Below, in pieces: positions 1-8,366 of a DNA stretch of 20,000 bases. Position 1 is the stretch's first letter. The number at the start of each line of letters is the position of its first letter. Made by a program: the position numbers and the translations under genes. This stretch comes from an uncultured virus (IMG/VR IMGVR_UViG_3300010163_003618) (lineage: Duplodnaviria; Heunggongvirae; Uroviricota; Caudoviricetes). The notes below the pieces were generated by a model, which was not told the DNA's origin, made no database searches, and was given only the letters and a program-made list of their open reading frames with translations. The stretch lies in the IMG/VR virus record IMGVR_UViG_3300010163_003618; one strand, given 5' to 3'.

Positions 1-2
1 AT

Positions 3-827
3 GGTACTGGGCAAGATGTATTATTCACAAAAGCAGGTGCTTTCATAGCTGGTGAGTGTTATGGGCAAAAGAACTACCAGTTTGAAAAAGTGCTGTTAGG
101 TCCTGAGGGTAACCCTATGGCAGGGTTAATGCACCAGATTACAAGAAGGTTTACTGGTGAAAATCTTCCATTGATGAAGGTAACAATGAGAGGTCAAAGT
201 ATTACATACTATGCTAATCAACAACAGCATGTAGTAGTATATAGGCTCAATCCTGGTGAGGAAATCTCAGTAGAATCTGAAAACATTTTAGCATTTACAC
301 CTGATTGTAAATATAGTGTAAGATTTCTAGCACAAGGCGTTATATCACAGAAGGGGTTAGCAACCAGTACCTTAACTGCTCAGGGACCTAATGCTTATGT
401 GGCAGTAATAATTGATGGAAATCCTATAGTTATCAGCAATGTACAAAATGGTTCAACACTTGAAGTAGATCCAGATGCTGTAGTTTGTTGGGTAGGACAA
501 AAGGGACAGTGTGATCCTGGCTTTAAGCTCGATTTATCATGGAAGAATATAATAGGGCAAGCATCAGGTGAAAGCTATATGTTTGAATGGAGCGGTAATC
601 GTAGGGCTACTGTCATTGTACAGCCTAATGAGCGTCAATCAGGTATTAATATTGGTATGGATGGTGGTTCTAGCGGACAAAGGGCATCCAGACAGCAAAA
701 TCAGACATTTAGTCAGGCAGGTCAATCTATAGGACAGACATTAGGTCAGGTAGGTGGAATGCTAGGAGGGGGCAATGGTGGAAACGGCGGAGGCCTCGGA
801 GGTATGATAGGAGGCTTATTCCAGTAA
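3..827 (+). CDS. AIM24 family protein, 5'-truncated by the window edge, with Gly/Gln-rich C-terminal tail
   Basis: The frame of ORF 90..827 stays open back to position 3 (GTGQDVLFTKAGAFIAG...). It shows AIM24-like segments (FTGENLPLMKVTMRG, LNPGEEISVESENILAF, VDPDAVVCW, SGESYMFEWSG, VIVQPNE). AIM24 domains are known neighbours of Ter genes. Confidence 0.8.
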   Translation, partial: GTGQDVLFTKAGAFIAGECYGQKNYQFEKVLLGPEGNPMAGLMHQITRRFTGENLPLMKVTMRGQSITYYANQQQHVVVYRLNPGEEISVESENILAFTPDCKYSVRFLAQGVISQKGLATSTLTAQGPNAYVAVIIDGNPIVISNVQNGSTLEVDPDAVVCWVGQKGQCDPGFKLDLSWKNIIGQASGESYMFEWSGNRRATVIVQPNERQSGINIGMDGGSSGQRASRQQNQTFSQAGQSIGQTLGQVGGMLGGGNGGNGGGLGGMIGGLFQ

Positions 828-848
828 TCATAAGATCAATATAGATTT

Positions 849-887
849 AATATGGAGTATGATAATAGTGTTGTCATACTCCATATT
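849..887 (+). terminator. Stem-loop after AIM24 gene
   Basis: AATATGGAGTATGA (849-862) is the exact reverse complement of TCATACTCCATATT (874-887). The T-tail is weak. Confidence 0.65.
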
Positions 888-1023
888 TAATGAAAGGGGC
901 ATGTACTAAATAGACATATAATAAGTTATATTAGGCTGACATATTTAATAAATGACATAAAAATATACATTATAATATCTAGAGTTAGAAATTTTAATTA
1001 AAATACAAAAGGAGAATAATTCA

Positions 1024-1737
1024 ATGTCAGCAATCAATTTGAGTAAGGTAACAGTCAACCTTAGTAAGGGTGAAAAGGTAAATCTATCTAAGGCATCCAA
1101 TAATTTGAATAAGATTATGGTGGCTTTAGGATGGGATCCAGTAGAGCCTGAGGTAGAAACAGTAGTAGAAAAGGTGAAGCCTGGTTTCTTTGCAAAACTC
1201 TTTGGGGCACAAGAGAAAGAAGTAACAAGACAGATAAGAGTAAGCAAGTCAACAGAGGATTATGATCTTGATGCATGGATTGCATTGGAAAGAAAAGGCA
1301 AGATTGAAAGAATTCAAGATGTAGTTTATTACGGCAATCTTGCATTCTACGATGACGACAATATTTTAATCATTAAGCATCATGGTGATAATCTTACAGG
1401 ACAAGGTGCAGCAAACAGTGATAAGGAACAAATTACATTTAATCTTGAGCATATTCCTTCTAAATATGACAAGATTCTTGTAGCTGTTACAATATACAGA
1501 GGAAAAGAGAGACATCAGTCTTTTGGAATTGTAAAGAATACCTTTGTAAGAGTAGTAGATATGAATGATAATTTTGAAATCTGTCGATACAGTCAGGCAG
1601 ACATGTCTGATAATCCTGATGCAATCAGTTTTATTGCAGGGGAGTTCTGCAGAGAAGGTGGTACATGGCAATTTAAGGCTATTGGTGAATGCACTAAAGA
1701 TGGAAGTATTACAGATGTAATTGCCAGATACCAATAG
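1024..1737 (+). CDS. terD: TerD family stress protein (YceC-like, with KPGFFAKLFG insert)
   Basis: Motifs LSKGEKVNL, ALGWD, YDLDA, HHGDNLTG, FG.VKNTFVRVVD, WQFKAIG. RBS AGGAG at ~1009-1013. Confidence 0.9.
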   Translation: MSAINLSKVTVNLSKGEKVNLSKASNNLNKIMVALGWDPVEPEVETVVEKVKPGFFAKLFGAQEKEVTRQIRVSKSTEDYDLDAWIALERKGKIERIQDVVYYGNLAFYDDDNILIIKHHGDNLTGQGAANSDKEQITFNLEHIPSKYDKILVAVTIYRGKERHQSFGIVKNTFVRVVDMNDNFEICRYSQADMSDNPDAISFIAGEFCREGGTWQFKAIGECTKDGSITDVIARYQ

Positions 1738-1764
1738 AAAATACATAGGAGAGGTGGTATAAAA

Positions 1765-3009
1765 ATGTCGATTTCACTTAAAAAAGGTGGAACGGTATCA
1801 TTAAGTAAGGAAGCAACTAAGCTAGGTATACAGTCACTTTCAAAAGTAGCAGTAGGACTTGGATGGGATTGTAATGTGGCATCTGGTAAAACCTTTGATC
1901 TTGACGCATGGGCATTTATGGTAATAAATAATGAAGTCAAGAGAAAGAATCTAGTGTATTTTGCAAATACATCCGACCAGTATGGAAGTATACATCATAT
2001 GGGGGATAACCTGACAGGTAAAGGTGAGGGTGATGATGAAACAATTCAGATAAACCTTGACAAGGTACCTATGAAGTGTGACAGAATACTTATTGGAGTT
2101 ACCATTTACCATGGTGTATCTAAGGGGCAGTCATTCAAGGATGTAAACAATACATTCATAAGAATATATGATACTATATCAGGTATTGAAATCTGTAAGT
2201 ATGCAGATGAATTTAAAGGTAACCTAGGGGATAGCGTAAGCATGTTATTTGGTATGCTATACAGAGATAGTGATCAGTGGAAGTTTATGTCAATGGGTGT
2301 GGGCTCTAAGATAGCCCAAATAACCAGTTTAATAAATGCATATGGAATGTATGCATCTATTAATATAAAAGAGTTAGATAACAATAACAATCCAAATCAA
2401 GGAGGAAAGAAAAGAATGGCAGTATCATTAAGTAAAGGTGGCAAGGTTAGTCTTGCTAAGGTTGCACAGGATGCAGGCATTGCAGGAGGTTTATCTAAGA
2501 TTACAGTGGGTCTTGGATGGGATGTAAACAGATACGATGGCGGTGCTGACTTCGATCTCGACGCAGCAGCATTTTTGTTAGGCACAAATGGCAAGGTAAG
2601 AAACGAAGCCGACTTTGTGTTCTATAATAATAAGAATGGTGCAGGTGTAATGCATACAGGAGATAACAGGACTGGTGCCGGTGAAGGTGATGATGAGCAG
2701 ATTAAGGTTGATCTTACTGCAATTCCAGCAGATGTAGACAAGATTGCTTTCACTGTAACCATTGATCAGGCAGACGAGCGTCACGAGAATTTTGGTATGG
2801 TTGAAAATTCTTTTATTAGACTTGTGGATGATACAACAGGTACCGAGTTGTTGAGATATGACCTTGGGGAGGACTTCTCCATCGAAACGGCAGTTGTGGT
2901 AGCAGAGTTGTACCGTAACAACGGTGAATGGAAGTTCAATGCAATTGGATCAGGATTCTCTGGAGGTTTGGCAGCATTGTGCAACAACTATGGCATCCAG
3001 GTAGGATAA
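1765..3009 (+). CDS. terD: Tandem two-domain TerD protein
   Basis: Two full TerD units, each with GLGWD, FDLDA, GDN.TG.GEGDDE and WKF motifs, joined by an Asn-rich linker. RBS GAGGTGG upstream of 1765. Confidence 0.9.
   Translation: MSISLKKGGTVSLSKEATKLGIQSLSKVAVGLGWDCNVASGKTFDLDAWAFMVINNEVKRKNLVYFANTSDQYGSIHHMGDNLTGKGEGDDETIQINLDKVPMKCDRILIGVTIYHGVSKGQSFKDVNNTFIRIYDTISGIEICKYADEFKGNLGDSVSMLFGMLYRDSDQWKFMSMGVGSKIAQITSLINAYGMYASINIKELDNNNNPNQGGKKRMAVSLSKGGKVSLAKVAQDAGIAGGLSKITVGLGWDVNRYDGGADFDLDAAAFLLGTNGKVRNEADFVFYNNKNGAGVMHTGDNRTGAGEGDDEQIKVDLTAIPADVDKIAFTVTIDQADERHENFGMVENSFIRLVDDTTGTELLRYDLGEDFSIETAVVVAELYRNNGEWKFNAIGSGFSGGLAALCNNYGIQVG
2416..3009 (+). CDS. terD: Probable independently translated single-domain TerD (in-frame internal start)
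   Basis: GGAGG at 2401-2405, in-frame ATG at 2416, and a typical TerD N-terminus [13 protein letters not shown]. Confidence 0.65.
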   Translation: MAVSLSKGGKVSLAKVAQDAGIAGGLSKITVGLGWDVNRYDGGADFDLDAAAFLLGTNGKVRNEADFVFYNNKNGAGVMHTGDNRTGAGEGDDEQIKVDLTAIPADVDKIAFTVTIDQADERHENFGMVENSFIRLVDDTTGTELLRYDLGEDFSIETAVVVAELYRNNGEWKFNAIGSGFSGGLAALCNNYGIQVG

Positions 3010-3022
3010 TGCCAAAAGTCTA

Positions 3023-3047
3023 AGGGCACCTAAAATAGCGGTGCCCT
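3023..3047 (+). terminator. GC-rich stem-loop after terD
   Basis: AGGGCACC (3023-3030) pairs with GGTGCCCT (3040-3047). The T-tail is poor. Confidence 0.5.
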
Positions 3048-3187
3048 CTGTTAAAGATTAAGGGTCATTAATACACTAAATCTTAAAACAGTTTTCATAC
3101 ATATTAAATTAAAATGTAAGTACATGATACTAACAATGATACATAATCATTGTGTGTATAGATAATTAAAATCAAGGAGGACATTTT

Positions 3188-3823
3188 ATGATTACGAAAG
3201 GCTACAATTCTAATAACTCAAACAGTAGTGTTATTAACTTATCAAAGGGTAACAAAATCAATCTGTCTAAGGAGGCTCCTGGACTTAAGAAGATCATGGT
3301 AGGATTAGGGTGGGATACCCAAAAGTATGATGGAGCAGATGACTTTGACCTTGACGCAAGCGTATTCCTTGTAAATAAGTATAACAGAACCACAGCAGAT
3401 GGCTTTGTATTCTACAATAACTTGAAGGGGCCCAATGATTCAGTTATTCATCAGGGAGACAACAGGGACGGTTCAGATATAGCTGGCATGGATGATGACG
3501 AGCAGATTTACATTGATCTGGACAAGGTACCTGAGGATATCGAGAAGATAGCAATTACTGTTACAATAGATCAGGCAGATAAGAGGGGTGGCCAAAACTT
3601 TGGTATGGTAGAAAATGCTTACCTGCGCCTGTTAGATACCGAGACAGGCAAAGAAGTGGTTCACTTCGACCTTGGTGAGGAGTTCTCCATTGAAACAGCA
3701 ATCGTAGTAGGAGAAGTTTACAAGCACAATGGGGACTGGAAGTTCAACGCTATTGCTAAGGGATTCAGTGGTGGTCTGTTAGCACTCTGCAGAAACTATG
3801 GATTAGACGCTGAATACAGATAA
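3188..3823 (+). CDS. terD: TerD family stress protein
   Basis: Motifs LSKGNKINLSK, GLGWD, FDLDAS, FVFYNN, GDNRDG, DDDEQI, NFGMVENAY, WKFNAI. RBS AAGGAGG at 3174-3180. Confidence 0.93.
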   Translation: MITKGYNSNNSNSSVINLSKGNKINLSKEAPGLKKIMVGLGWDTQKYDGADDFDLDASVFLVNKYNRTTADGFVFYNNLKGPNDSVIHQGDNRDGSDIAGMDDDEQIYIDLDKVPEDIEKIAITVTIDQADKRGGQNFGMVENAYLRLLDTETGKEVVHFDLGEEFSIETAIVVGEVYKHNGDWKFNAIAKGFSGGLLALCRNYGLDAEYR

Positions 3824-3845
3824 GATCAACAAAATAACAAACAAG

Positions 3846-3876
3846 TGGGGTGTGCCAAAGGCATGCCCCATTTTTT
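3846..3876 (+). terminator. Rho-independent terminator
   Basis: TGGGGTGTGCC-AAA-GGCATGCCCCA followed by TTTTTT. Confidence 0.85.
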
Positions 3877-4090
3877 ATTACAGTTGGAAACTAACCAATA
3901 AATGACCACTTTAATATTTTATTAAGCAATTTTGTAGCCCTATTAAGATTTGTAATAATTCTGTAATAACTCCAATATGCATGTACTCAAAATTTTAGCC
4001 TATTATTATACATAAAGTTATATATAATTGATTTTAATATTTAATTAAAAAATATGAAAATTTAAGTAACAGTGATTATTGGAGGATAAC

Positions 4091-4927
4091 ATGAGAAATA
4101 AATTTATAAAGCTTGCTATTCCATATTCTTTACTTATAGCAATTGTACCTACAAACATATTTACATATGCAACTACAGATATAGAATATGTAGAGCAAGT
4201 ATATTCAACCGTAGATTTACCAGAATTACAACTTGTAGCAGAGGAAGATTTAAGCAATAACATAGAAAATAAGCAATTAGTTAGCATAGATGATATAGCA
4301 GTCAACAGTCCAACAGAGGGAAGCATAGAACCAATCATAATGGCAAGAGGGATAATGCCAATTCAATATGACGAAACAAAGCAACAATACATATATGAGA
4401 CAATAACAGAAGACGCAGAACAAATACCAGAGGAGCAAGAGGTAGAAAAACAAGAAGTTGTAACAGAGTCAGCTGAATCAGTAACAACAATCATAACAAC
4501 AAACATAAGTCAAGAAAACGCATTACTAGAAATAAGCAATCCAGATGAAAATTATACAGGTGCAATAGTAGAATTATCACCAGAAGATAGAAATTTACTA
4601 GAACATTTGGTAATGGGAGAATCAGGTGGAATAGATGTAGAAGCAGCAGCTCTTGTTGCCCAAGCAATAAGAGATGCTATGGTATACAAGGGGTATGAAT
4701 CAGTAGCAGCAGTTAGAGAAGGCTTAAGTTACAGCGGAAGTATAAAGAAGGAGCCTAATCAAAATGTGCTGGATGCATGTGCTTATATATTTGATGAGGG
4801 TGGAATGGCAGTACAACATGAAATAATATACTTTTATGCACCTAAAAGAGTGGATTCAAGTTGGCATGAAAGTCAAAATTTTATAATAGAATATGGTGGG
4901 CATAGATTTTTTAGTTCTAACAAATAA
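4091..4927 (+). CDS. SleB/Hydrolase_2-like cell wall hydrolase with N-terminal signal or anchor and acidic linker
   Basis: C-terminal LLEHLVMGESGG...LVAQAIRD...YFYAP...W...YGGHRFF pattern with the catalytic-type Glu. GGAGG at 4081-4085 favours ATG 4091 over TTG 4079. Confidence 0.75.
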   Translation: MRNKFIKLAIPYSLLIAIVPTNIFTYATTDIEYVEQVYSTVDLPELQLVAEEDLSNNIENKQLVSIDDIAVNSPTEGSIEPIIMARGIMPIQYDETKQQYIYETITEDAEQIPEEQEVEKQEVVTESAESVTTIITTNISQENALLEISNPDENYTGAIVELSPEDRNLLEHLVMGESGGIDVEAAALVAQAIRDAMVYKGYESVAAVREGLSYSGSIKKEPNQNVLDACAYIFDEGGMAVQHEIIYFYAPKRVDSSWHESQNFIIEYGGHRFFSSNK

Positions 4928-4951
4928 TTAATAATAAAATGTAATTAACTA

Positions 4952-4980
4952 TTGACAAAATAAGAAAAATATGATATAAT
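4952..4980 (+). promoter_or_regulatory. Consensus sigmaA promoter with extended -10
   Basis: TTGACA (4952-4957), 17 nt, TATAAT (4975-4980), with TG at 4972-4973. Confidence 0.85.
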
Positions 4981-5009
4981 GAAAGAAAAAATAAAGAACA
5001 TTAAAAAAC

Positions 5010-5390
5010 ATGACAGACACAGATACTAAATATTACAAAATTATAGTAAATACAAACATTAAAGAACATAATGTGCATCCTGCATATTCCACATCAAGTA
5101 AATATCTTAATGCTGATGACATTAAATGTCACATAACTAATTGTATTTATAGGCTTGAACTTAGCAGATATACAAAAATATCGGATATTAAAGTATGTGA
5201 GATAACAAAAGCTGAATCACAAAAATTACCTTCAATTGATAAATTATACAAGCCATTAATAGAATCAGACAAAAAGATGATATGGGGAGCAGAGGAAGAA
5301 AGGCTTCGTATGCAAGGTGTAAAGCACATTAAACTTGATTTATTCTTCAAAAAATTAGATAAAATATTTGATTATAGTGATGATGAATAA
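5010..5390 (+). CDS. Hypothetical protein
   Basis: 126-aa ORF directly downstream of the promoter. No strong RBS and no recognised motif. Confidence 0.65.
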   Translation: MTDTDTKYYKIIVNTNIKEHNVHPAYSTSSKYLNADDIKCHITNCIYRLELSRYTKISDIKVCEITKAESQKLPSIDKLYKPLIESDKKMIWGAEEERLRMQGVKHIKLDLFFKKLDKIFDYSDDE

Positions 5391-5412
5391 CATTAATATA
5401 AGGAGTACCACA

Positions 5413-6186
5413 ATGAATGATACAAGAGAGGCATTTCCAGAATTTCCAAAACCAGCTATTGCAATAGACACAGTGCTATTAAGGGTAAGTGATTATACTG
5501 AAGATACAAATAGACATGTAGCACAAAAGAGAATGCAAGTACTTTTAATTAAGGACAAAGCATTAAATGATAGAAGACTGGATGACTTGTGGCATTTGCC
5601 TGGGACTATACTTCGATTAGGTGAAACACCTATGGATGCCATAAACAGGATTATAGTAAATAAAACTAATATCAATGATGCTTATTATGAGCAGCTCTAT
5701 ACTATAGCAGACGACATAAATAGAGATAATCGAGGACATATTATATCTATAGTTTATATAGGTATAGTAAATAGCAATGAAGAAATAGTATTGCCTGAAG
5801 ATTATCAATATGAAGCAGAGTGGGCATGGATAAATAAACCTTTACCAATTGATGACACAAGTAATAAAAAGGCAAGAAGCTTTTATTTTGAACAATTAAG
5901 TGAAGTTATACATGACTTAAGGTATGACCACGTTGAAATAATAAATGATACCATTGAAAGAATTAAAAATAAATTAATGTATACAGATATAGGGTTTAAA
6001 TTCCTTAATAAAATATTTACTATCAAAAGTCTAGAAAATACTTTTGAAGCAATAAATGAAAGAAATATTCCTGGTTTTAGGAGAATCATCTCAAATAAAA
6101 TTGAACCTACTGGAATTTTAAGTGCAGGCAAGGCTTACAGACCTGCTGCGCTCTATAAGAAAAAAGAAGTGACATTGGATAACTAA
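5413..6186 (+). CDS. nrtR: NrtR-like Nudix-related regulator (degenerate Nudix box plus C-terminal winged helix)
   Basis: PAIAIDTVLL, WHLPG...GET, EQLYT...RDNRGHIISIVY, YDHVEII...ERIKNK, FTIKSLENTFEAI, FRRII and RPAALYK follow the NrtR pattern. RBS AAGGAG at 5400-5405 favours ATG 5413. Confidence 0.85.
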   Translation: MNDTREAFPEFPKPAIAIDTVLLRVSDYTEDTNRHVAQKRMQVLLIKDKALNDRRLDDLWHLPGTILRLGETPMDAINRIIVNKTNINDAYYEQLYTIADDINRDNRGHIISIVYIGIVNSNEEIVLPEDYQYEAEWAWINKPLPIDDTSNKKARSFYFEQLSEVIHDLRYDHVEIINDTIERIKNKLMYTDIGFKFLNKIFTIKSLENTFEAINERNIPGFRRIISNKIEPTGILSAGKAYRPAALYKKKEVTLDN

Positions 6187-6257
6187 CCTAGGAATTAGAA
6201 AAATAAAAAATTTGATGCCATAGGATAGGCATATTTTATTAAGAAAGCATAATAGAT

Positions 6258-6482
6258 ATGAATAAAATCATTGTATTGTTTGTGAAAAGCCAAGAAGATG
6301 GAAAAGTCAAAATGCTTAAATGGAATAATGAAGAAGAGTTTTCAATGGCATTAAAAACTGGTATAGGAATACCTGAGATGAATGACATTATCACAGAAGC
6401 TTGGATAACAGACAACTTAGTAGATATAGGTAACACATTTGAAGTAACATTAAACAAATTAAAATTGGTATTGGACATTTGA
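6258..6482 (+). CDS. Hypothetical small protein
   Basis: 74-aa ORF on the coding strand, followed by a long hairpin. Confidence 0.6.
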   Translation: MNKIIVLFVKSQEDGKVKMLKWNNEEEFSMALKTGIGIPEMNDIITEAWITDNLVDIGNTFEVTLNKLKLVLDI

Positions 6483-6486
6483 TGTT

Positions 6487-6531
6487 AAGTTTGGTATTTT
6501 ATATTAATAAAAGATATAAAATGCCAAATTT
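6487..6531 (+). terminator. Long AT-rich stem-loop
   Basis: AAGTTTGGTATTTTATAT (6487-6504) pairs with ATATAAAATGCCAAATTT (6514-6531), including G-U pairs. Confidence 0.55.
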
Positions 6532-6545
6532 AGTATACAAAGATA

Positions 6546-6575
6546 TTGACAAAATGTATATAAGTGTGATATAAT
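6546..6575 (+). promoter_or_regulatory. Consensus sigmaA promoter with extended -10
   Basis: TTGACA (6546-6551), 18 nt, TATAAT (6570-6575), with TG at 6567-6568. Confidence 0.85.
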
Positions 6576-6610
6576 GTGTAATATAAGAAATAAGAAAGGA
6601 AAGTTCTAAA

Positions 6611-7360
6611 ATGTTAGAGAAAATTAACATTACAGACATTGACAAATTGCATATTACACGAGTAAAATTTTTAAAAATACATTTTACTTATGATGGTATC
6701 AAGTATATGCTTATAGAAGATGGAGAGGAAGATGCTCACATAAGCCTTTACAAAAGAGTATATACAGATGACAACCGGTTAAAAAATGTGCACATAAACG
6801 GTAAAATCACACTTATGCACACATATTCATTCATAAAAGATGTGTCAAAAAGTAAACCCAGAAATACAACATATGCTTGTATAGACAAGCAGTATTTTGT
6901 AAAGAAGCTCGTAGAACTTGGATTTGCATATGGGATTTATGAAGAGTCATATAATGAATACAAGCAAAAAGTGGATGAAATTAACGAACTCATCCAGAAA
7001 CTTCAAGACGAAAAGAACCAGCTTAAAGACAAATGGGAGAAAACCAGTGGGCATGGTTCAAAAACAGATAGCATTGCTCATAAGTTCAAAATTCGTGCAT
7101 GTGAACGTGTTAAAGGCGCAAAAGACGGTGACTGGTGCAAGAGATTTAAAACACCTTATGGATCAACCAGCAAAGAATATGGTGGAACACTTACAGATTT
7201 GTTTAACTTGCCATATGGCACATATTTTCATGTAGAAAATGGCGGATATGATGCATGTATTAGTTATGATGGGTGCGGAAATAAGACAATTATAACACCT
7301 GAATCTGAAGTAAAGCTAACTAAAGAGAATTGTTCAGCATATATAACATTATATCAATAA
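6611..7360 (+). CDS. Hypothetical protein with central coiled coil
   Basis: 249-aa ORF with RBS AAAGGA. Contains the heptad-like stretch YKQKVDEINELIQKLQDEKNQLKDKW. Confidence 0.75.
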   Translation: MLEKINITDIDKLHITRVKFLKIHFTYDGIKYMLIEDGEEDAHISLYKRVYTDDNRLKNVHINGKITLMHTYSFIKDVSKSKPRNTTYACIDKQYFVKKLVELGFAYGIYEESYNEYKQKVDEINELIQKLQDEKNQLKDKWEKTSGHGSKTDSIAHKFKIRACERVKGAKDGDWCKRFKTPYGSTSKEYGGTLTDLFNLPYGTYFHVENGGYDACISYDGCGNKTIITPESEVKLTKENCSAYITLYQ

Positions 7361-7382
7361 CATTAAATAGGAGGCATTAAAA

Positions 7383-7952
7383 ATGGAAAAGAAGAAAGTG
7401 CTTATTGTTGTGGATTACCAGAAGGATTTCGTGGATGGTGCATTGGGGTTTGAAAGTGCCAAGAATTTGGATCAGGGAATCGCTGATCTCGTAGAGCAGT
7501 ATATGAAAAACGGAGATGTAGTCATCTTTACGGCTGACACACATTATGAAAACTATCTGGACACACAGGAAGGCAAGAAGTTACCCGTGATGCATTGTGT
7601 AGAAGGATCTGATGGATGGCAGTTTTACGGTAAAACCGGTGAAGCATACAACAAGGAGTATAACAATGGAAAGATACTGATGATCAGCAAAGAAACCTTT
7701 GGAAGCCATACATTGGTTAACACACTCATGAGGGAAGACAAAGATGAGCAGGGGATCCCTAATCAGATCGAAAGTGTTACAGTGGTGGGTGTGGTTACCA
7801 ATATGTGTGTTATCAGTAACGCGGTAATTGCTAAGGCGGCTTGCCCTGAGGCTGAAATCATCATCTTAAAGGATCTTGTAGACAGCTTTGATAAGGAGTT
7901 GCATCAGAAGGCACTTGATGTGATGGCATCCATGCAGATGATAATTAAATAA
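7383..7952 (+). CDS. pncA: Nicotinamidase (isochorismatase-family cysteine hydrolase)
   Basis: VLIVVDYQKDF.DGALG, metal-site residues D-x-H (ADTH) and HC, catalytic Lys (SKETF) and Cys (VGVVTNMCV). RBS AGGAGG. NAD genes lie nearby. Confidence 0.8.
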   Translation: MEKKKVLIVVDYQKDFVDGALGFESAKNLDQGIADLVEQYMKNGDVVIFTADTHYENYLDTQEGKKLPVMHCVEGSDGWQFYGKTGEAYNKEYNNGKILMISKETFGSHTLVNTLMREDKDEQGIPNQIESVTVVGVVTNMCVISNAVIAKAACPEAEIIILKDLVDSFDKELHQKALDVMASMQMIIK

Positions 7953-7981
7953 GCTGCATAGAGTTCTAAGAAGGGGCATAT

Positions 7982-8227
7982 ATGAGTATTGAAAAAATAA
8001 AGCTTACAAAAGTTAAAGATGATAAAGGTCATAATAATTGCACTAACGAAAAAAGAGTGTCCGGGGGCATGGTGCTTATACTATTGTGTGCCGTTGCAGT
8101 ATTTGGAGCAACGTTAACAGGGTTAGGATCTGATATTAATTCAAATGCATTAATGGATGGTGGAATAGCATTAATGATATCAGGCGGAGTGTTCTGTATA
8201 CCAGTAGGATGTCATTACTTCGGATAG
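7982..8227 (+). CDS. Small two-TM membrane protein
   Basis: Two hydrophobic segments (MVLILLCAVAVFGATL; GGIALMISGGVFCIPV). RBS AAGGGG. Confidence 0.65.
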   Translation: MSIEKIKLTKVKDDKGHNNCTNEKRVSGGMVLILLCAVAVFGATLTGLGSDINSNALMDGGIALMISGGVFCIPVGCHYFG

Positions 8228-8249
8228 AAGCATAAAACATTGAGGGGTC

Positions 8250-8291
8250 AAAAAAGTCACTGATTGCATATAGGTGGTCAGTGACTTTTTT
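8250..8291 (+). terminator. Rho-independent terminator, possibly bidirectional
   Basis: AAAAAAGTCACTGATTGC ... GTGGTCAGTGACTTTTTT. Confidence 0.85.
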
Positions 8292-8366
8292 ACTACCTAC
8301 ATATTAAAAAGCCTTAAGTTAGTAAAAAGGTATTTTTAATTTAGTAGGAGAGGAAGTAAGTACATA

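Noticed and set aside
899..4020. Short recurring intergenic words (GCATGTACT at 899 and 3979; TACATATTAAA at 3098 and 8298; TTAGGCT at 931, 11397, 19331) as a phage-specific promoter
   Set aside because: Spacing is inconsistent and short matches are expected in AT-rich DNA; genome-wide statistics would be needed.
6918..7235. 105-aa alternative-frame ORF inside 6611..7360
   Set aside because: Nested in a longer ORF that has a promoter and RBS; it has a TTG start and no RBS of its own.
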